A DNA stretch of 64,000 nt, taken from NCBI GenBank assembly GCA_958009085.1, contig OY253669.1, positions 1,674,001 to 1,738,000 of the forward strand, written 5' to 3'. The notes below the pieces were generated by a model. The model was not told where the DNA came from, did no database searches, and saw nothing but the letters and a program-made list of their open reading frames with translations. This document shows positions 59,899 to 64,000 of the stretch, piece after piece; position 1 is the stretch's first letter, and the number at the start of each line of letters is the position of its first letter. The stretch is from Protoeuglena noctilucae (lineage: Eukaryota). The position numbers and the translations under genes were made by a program.

Positions 59899-61017
59899 CC
59901 GAGGCCAGGCGCGCGCGCTTGTGGGGCGGCTGCGGGAGAGGTGGAGCGGAGCGTTACTCTGAGGCGCGCGGGGGGCTGGGCTCGTGCAAGTGCCGACGCC
60001 CTCGCGTGACGCGCGCGACGCACCGCCATGTGCGCCCGGGCTCGGCCGCAGATGCGGGGAGGTCAGCCCACCCTCTCAGGGGCCCGGTTCTCCGAGCTCG
60101 CCCCCCGACCCCGGCCCCCGTGCGCCCCTCCCTTCCCAAGGGCCCTGGCGCGCCCTGGGCTGCAGGTAGCACGACCGTCCCCGCAAGGGCCTGAGCAATG
60201 TCCGCGACACTTCACCGTGGTCCCTAAACGCAAGACGAAGCGGGTATATCAGTTGCTCGCGCTGTCGTGACGCGGGGACGTTGCAGTCGCAACCATTCGA
60301 CGCACAGGCACAGCCGCGTCACATTGGCGACGCGTCAGGGTCGAGAGTGCGAGCATGACTGACCAGGGACAAGTAAGCGACGCACGTGGGGGCGCAGGAG
60401 GGTGGTAAACGTCCCCCAGGCGAAGGAAAACCGGCTGACAAGGTGCTCTTCGCTGGGCAGCAACTGTGCGCAAAAGCAGCCCGACAGGCGCTTATATCAA
60501 AATGTCAGTTCATGGCAACACGGACGCGGACGTTGAGAGGGGAACTGCTTTGGTTTCTTTATTAACTGGCGTTTCAACGCTCCCTTCGCCGGGGGCTCTG
60601 AACAGCGCGATCGGACGCGACCATCGTGCAATGTATGGTGTCGGGGGGCCTCCCACCAACGCCCGCGCGCTGCCTTCCACTCCCCGCGACGAGCCTTCGC
60701 GCCTCGCTGTCCGCCGTCGACCCCGCGCTGGAGTCGCTCGCGCTGCCACCCAGGCCTTCATTCGTTCAACCGCTCATCGCCGGGTGCTTCCCGGCGAAGG
60801 AGGCTCGGGAAACAGACCCAGGTGCCGACGGCGGCCCCAGATGGCCCGGGGGCTGCCCGCGCCAATAGAGAGGCCTCGCGCGTCGTATTTCTTGTCACGT
60901 CGGAGCGTCTGGCGGGCCCCCGGGCTTCCGTCGGGCCCCCAGCGTCCCCTCCAGGGCTGGGCCAACAAGGGGCCACCTACCGGGCGACAGGAGGGCCGAT
61001 AGTCCCTCTCCCCTCGT

Positions 61018-64000
61018 ATGTGGATCGCCAAGCGTCCTATTTCTGCGTCAGCAACGCCCCCGCCGCCCGCCCGACACGATCGCACGCCGCTTTTTGCCGA
61101 TGCAGGGCGGCGCATCTACGAGGGTCACCGGCGCGCCATCCGCGCGCCCGGCCCTCCGCTCGGCCGCGGAGCAGCTCCGCACGCGCCAATAACACCGTCT
61201 ACCCTCGGCGATGTGGATCCTCGGCCCCAAGTGCCACTCGGTGGCTGGACAGGACTCGCGGGCCTCCCAAAAGGTGCGGCGGGCGCGGCTCCTCGCTGGG
61301 CGCCGGAGCGCTCGGCAAACTGTTTGAGTCTTGAGCCCGCACGCCCGCGCACCGGATCAGCGGCTCGACGGCAGGGCGTGCTTCCCTGGACGCGCCCCAC
61401 CCTCGGTTGCTGGCCCGCAGGCCCTCTCAGCGACGTCCTTCCGCGCCACGACGTCAGCCGTCGGATCGACGTCTCGGCCCCAGTCGCCCCCCGCGGTGCG
61501 GTGCCCCGCGGTCCCGGATGCCATGCGCAGCCCTGACCCCGGCCCGGGTCTCCACGGTTCCCGCTGGCCGGCCCGCGGCGGCGCGCACCCGGCGCCCGTG
61601 GCCCCGACGAGCACGCTGCTCTCGGAGATCGATCGGAACCTGGAGGAGCGGCGCGCGGCAGGTGGGCTGAGGGCAGTGGTGCTGATTTGCCCGCCGCACT
61701 CAGCGCGCACGTTGGGCCCGCCGGCCGCGCGCTTGGCCCACCTGCTTCTTTTGCTCCTCCGCAGATCACCCCAGCACTCTGCTCCAGGCCCTGGACATGA
61801 CGTCCCTGTCCAGCGGCAGCTCCCACCTGTCCGACCCCCTGGCGCGTCACGACAGGTGAGGGCCATGCCGCGACGGGCCGGGGTCACGCGCCGCTCCCTT
61901 CGACTCCGAACAACTGCCGCACGCGTGACCAGGTCCACCTCCGCCCTCCCTGCACCCGGCGTCCCACCTCCCCGGCCCCCACCGCACCCCACCCACCCCA
62001 CCCCCACGACCAACCATTCCTCCTCCCCGCCCCCAGTGACACGGACGTTCTCTTCGACGATCACGGCTTCCTCCTCGACCAGGCCGGGCCCCGCAGCCCC
62101 GCGTCACTGCGGGCGTCGGCATCCCCCCGCGCCGCGCCCCACGCCCGCCCCGCCACGGGCCCCCCGGGCCCCTCGCCCCGCCACTCCGCGCACTTCGCGG
62201 ACGCAGCCCCGGCGCACCCGACCGCCGCCGCCGTGCGCGTGGCTTCCCCGCCCTCGCCCCAGCCCCTGCCCCCGTTCTCGCCCCCGCTCCCCCTGGTCGT
62301 CGCACCCGCGAGCCCCGCCACCGCCCCCCGCGCCTCCCCCGCCGCCGCCCCGGCCCCCGAGTCCCCCCCTACCCTGGTGGTCTTTTCGGGCGCGACGGCC
62401 TTCAACACGGTCGCGGCGTCGCTGCGCGGCCTCACCACGCGCGTCACGCACGTCCTTCCGGTGTCGGACGACGGCGGCTCGACGGCCGAGATCGTGCGCG
62501 TGCTGGGGGGCCCGGCCGTGGGGGACATCCGCTCGCGCTGCCTGCGCCTGTCGGACCGCAGCGACGACGAGGGCCGCGCGGTGGCTGCCCTCTTGGGCCA
62601 CCGCCTCCCCGGGACGTCCGCGGCTGAGGCGAAAGCGCAGTGGTACGCGATCGTGGAAGGGGACCACGAGCTTTGGCGCGGGGTGTCAGAGCCCTACAAG
62701 CACACCATCCGCGCCTTCCTGGTCCACTTCCAGGCCAACATCATGCGGCACTCGTCCGAGCGGTTCGACTTCCGCAACGGAAGCGTCGGAAACTTCTTCT
62801 TCGCGGGGGCGCGCGTCTTCTTCCGATCACTCGAGGTGGGGATGCAGTGTTCGGGGTGGGCGGGGGCTTGTGCAGCCGCGGTGCCCTGGTGTTTGCGTTC
62901 AGTGCCACCCCCACTGCCACTCTCGCCCACACCCACATCCGCACCCTCACCCTCACTGCCACCCTCACCCTCGCTGCCACCCTCACCCTCACCCTCACTG
63001 CCACCCTCACCCTCACCCTCACTGCCACCCTCACCCTCGCTGCCACCCTCACCCACACCCTCACTGCCACCCTCACCCTCACCCTCACTGCCACCCTCAC
63101 CCTCGCTGCCACCCTCACCCACACCCTCACTGCCACCCTCACTGCCACCCTCACCCTCACCCCAGGCCGCCATTTTCCTTTTCTCCCGCGTCGCCCGCCT
63201 CCCTGAGGGCTCCCTGGTGGCCCCGGCCATCCTCACCGAAGAGCGCATCACGCTGGGGGCGGAGCTGGCTGACGGCACCTTCATACGGGGGCAGAACGCC
63301 ATCTCGCACCCGCCCCGGGGCCACGGCGGCGTCGAGGCCGTGAGGAAGGACCTGGAGGACCCCCCCATGCCTGCCCGTGTGCGACGCGTCTTTTACCTGG
63401 TGAGGCCCGGCGCCATGGGGGTACCCTCCGTGACACTGAGGGTGGTTAAAAAGGGCACAGGCCAAGGGCACGAGGAACGAGGGGGCTGATGAGGAAACGA
63501 GATATACTACCACCGACATCGCTGCGCATGCCCTCGTTGATCCGCGATGGGTCGTTCCGCCGATGCGCTCCCCCTCGCGCGCCCTCGCCCTCCGCCCTTG
63601 CCACCCCAAGCGCTCCCTGACCCGCCACCCCTCCTTTTCCCCCCGCAGTCCTCCGAGGGCACCCGCGGCGAGCACGAGGTCTTCCCCCGCGCCAACCCCC
63701 GCGTTCTGCAGCAATTGGAGTCGGCCGAGCTCATCGTCTACGGCATGGGGTCGCTCTACACCTCCGTGTGCCCCAGCCTGGTGCTGCGAGGCGTGGGGGA
63801 GGCCGTGGCAGCGCGGGCGTGCCCCAAGGTGCTCGTGCTCAACGGATCGCACGACAGGGAAACTACTTACATAGAGGGAGGCACAGAGGGAGCGGATGGG
63901 GAGGGCGGGCGCGCGTTCATGAGGGACATGGCGGCGGGCGAGGGGGGGACGGGCGCAGGGGCCGAGTTGGTGCGGGGGGCGGGCGGCGAGGGGCCCGGGC
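61018..64000 (+). CDS. UPF0052/CofD-YvcK family protein (MEE18/YNL011C-like); start uncertain, runs off the right edge
   Basis: LVVFSGATAFN...VLPVSDDGGSTAEIVRVLGGPAVGDIRSRCLRL...FDFRNGSVGNFFFAGAR...IRGQNAISHP...IVYGMGSLYTSVCPSLVLRGVGEAV...KVLVLNGSHDRET. Confidence 0.9.
62900..63163. repeat. Intronic minisatellite built from CCCTCA/CTGCCA hexamers
   Basis: Variable 12-24-bp units of ctgccaccctca(ccctca)n. Confidence 0.95.

Noticed and set aside
1..64000. tRNA, rRNA or recognisable ncRNA genes
   Set aside because: None seen by eye; a covariance-model search would be needed to exclude small RNAs.

Overview
This is eukaryotic nuclear DNA, not prokaryotic. It is very GC-rich, gene-dense and intron-rich, and comes from a photosynthetic green alga (OHP1, Psb27, GUN4, RETICULATA-related) that is probably flagellated (CLUAP1/IFT38). 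About 27 spliced genes were reconstructed by hand, mostly as divergent pairs: TCAIM-like, URM1, CSDE1/UNR-like, RRP36, OHP1, DRE2/anamorsin, TORTIFOLIA1-like, AP-4 epsilon, DUF72, BTF3, mitochondrial uS3 C-terminal-domain protein, EMSY-like, RER, Psb27, GUN4, UBL-BAG, RanBP1, CLUAP1, penta-EF-hand, UPF0052/CofD-like and several hypotheticals. There is a 200-N gap at 16786-16985. The stand-out is a four-gene family of secreted proteins at 38.5-56 kb that I do not recognise. Its members are built from tandem phase-0 exon modules ('[31 protein letters not shown]'), all end in GGRRLAA*, and share an AGTGACGTCAT-N11-GCTTAA upstream motif. One member carries a 268-triplet collagen-like (Gly-Pro-Y)n domain, and two members form a near-identical 2.56-kb inverted duplication. 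GC-AG introns are unusually frequent. All homology calls come from motif recognition by eye; no database searches were run, and exon boundaries are inferred.
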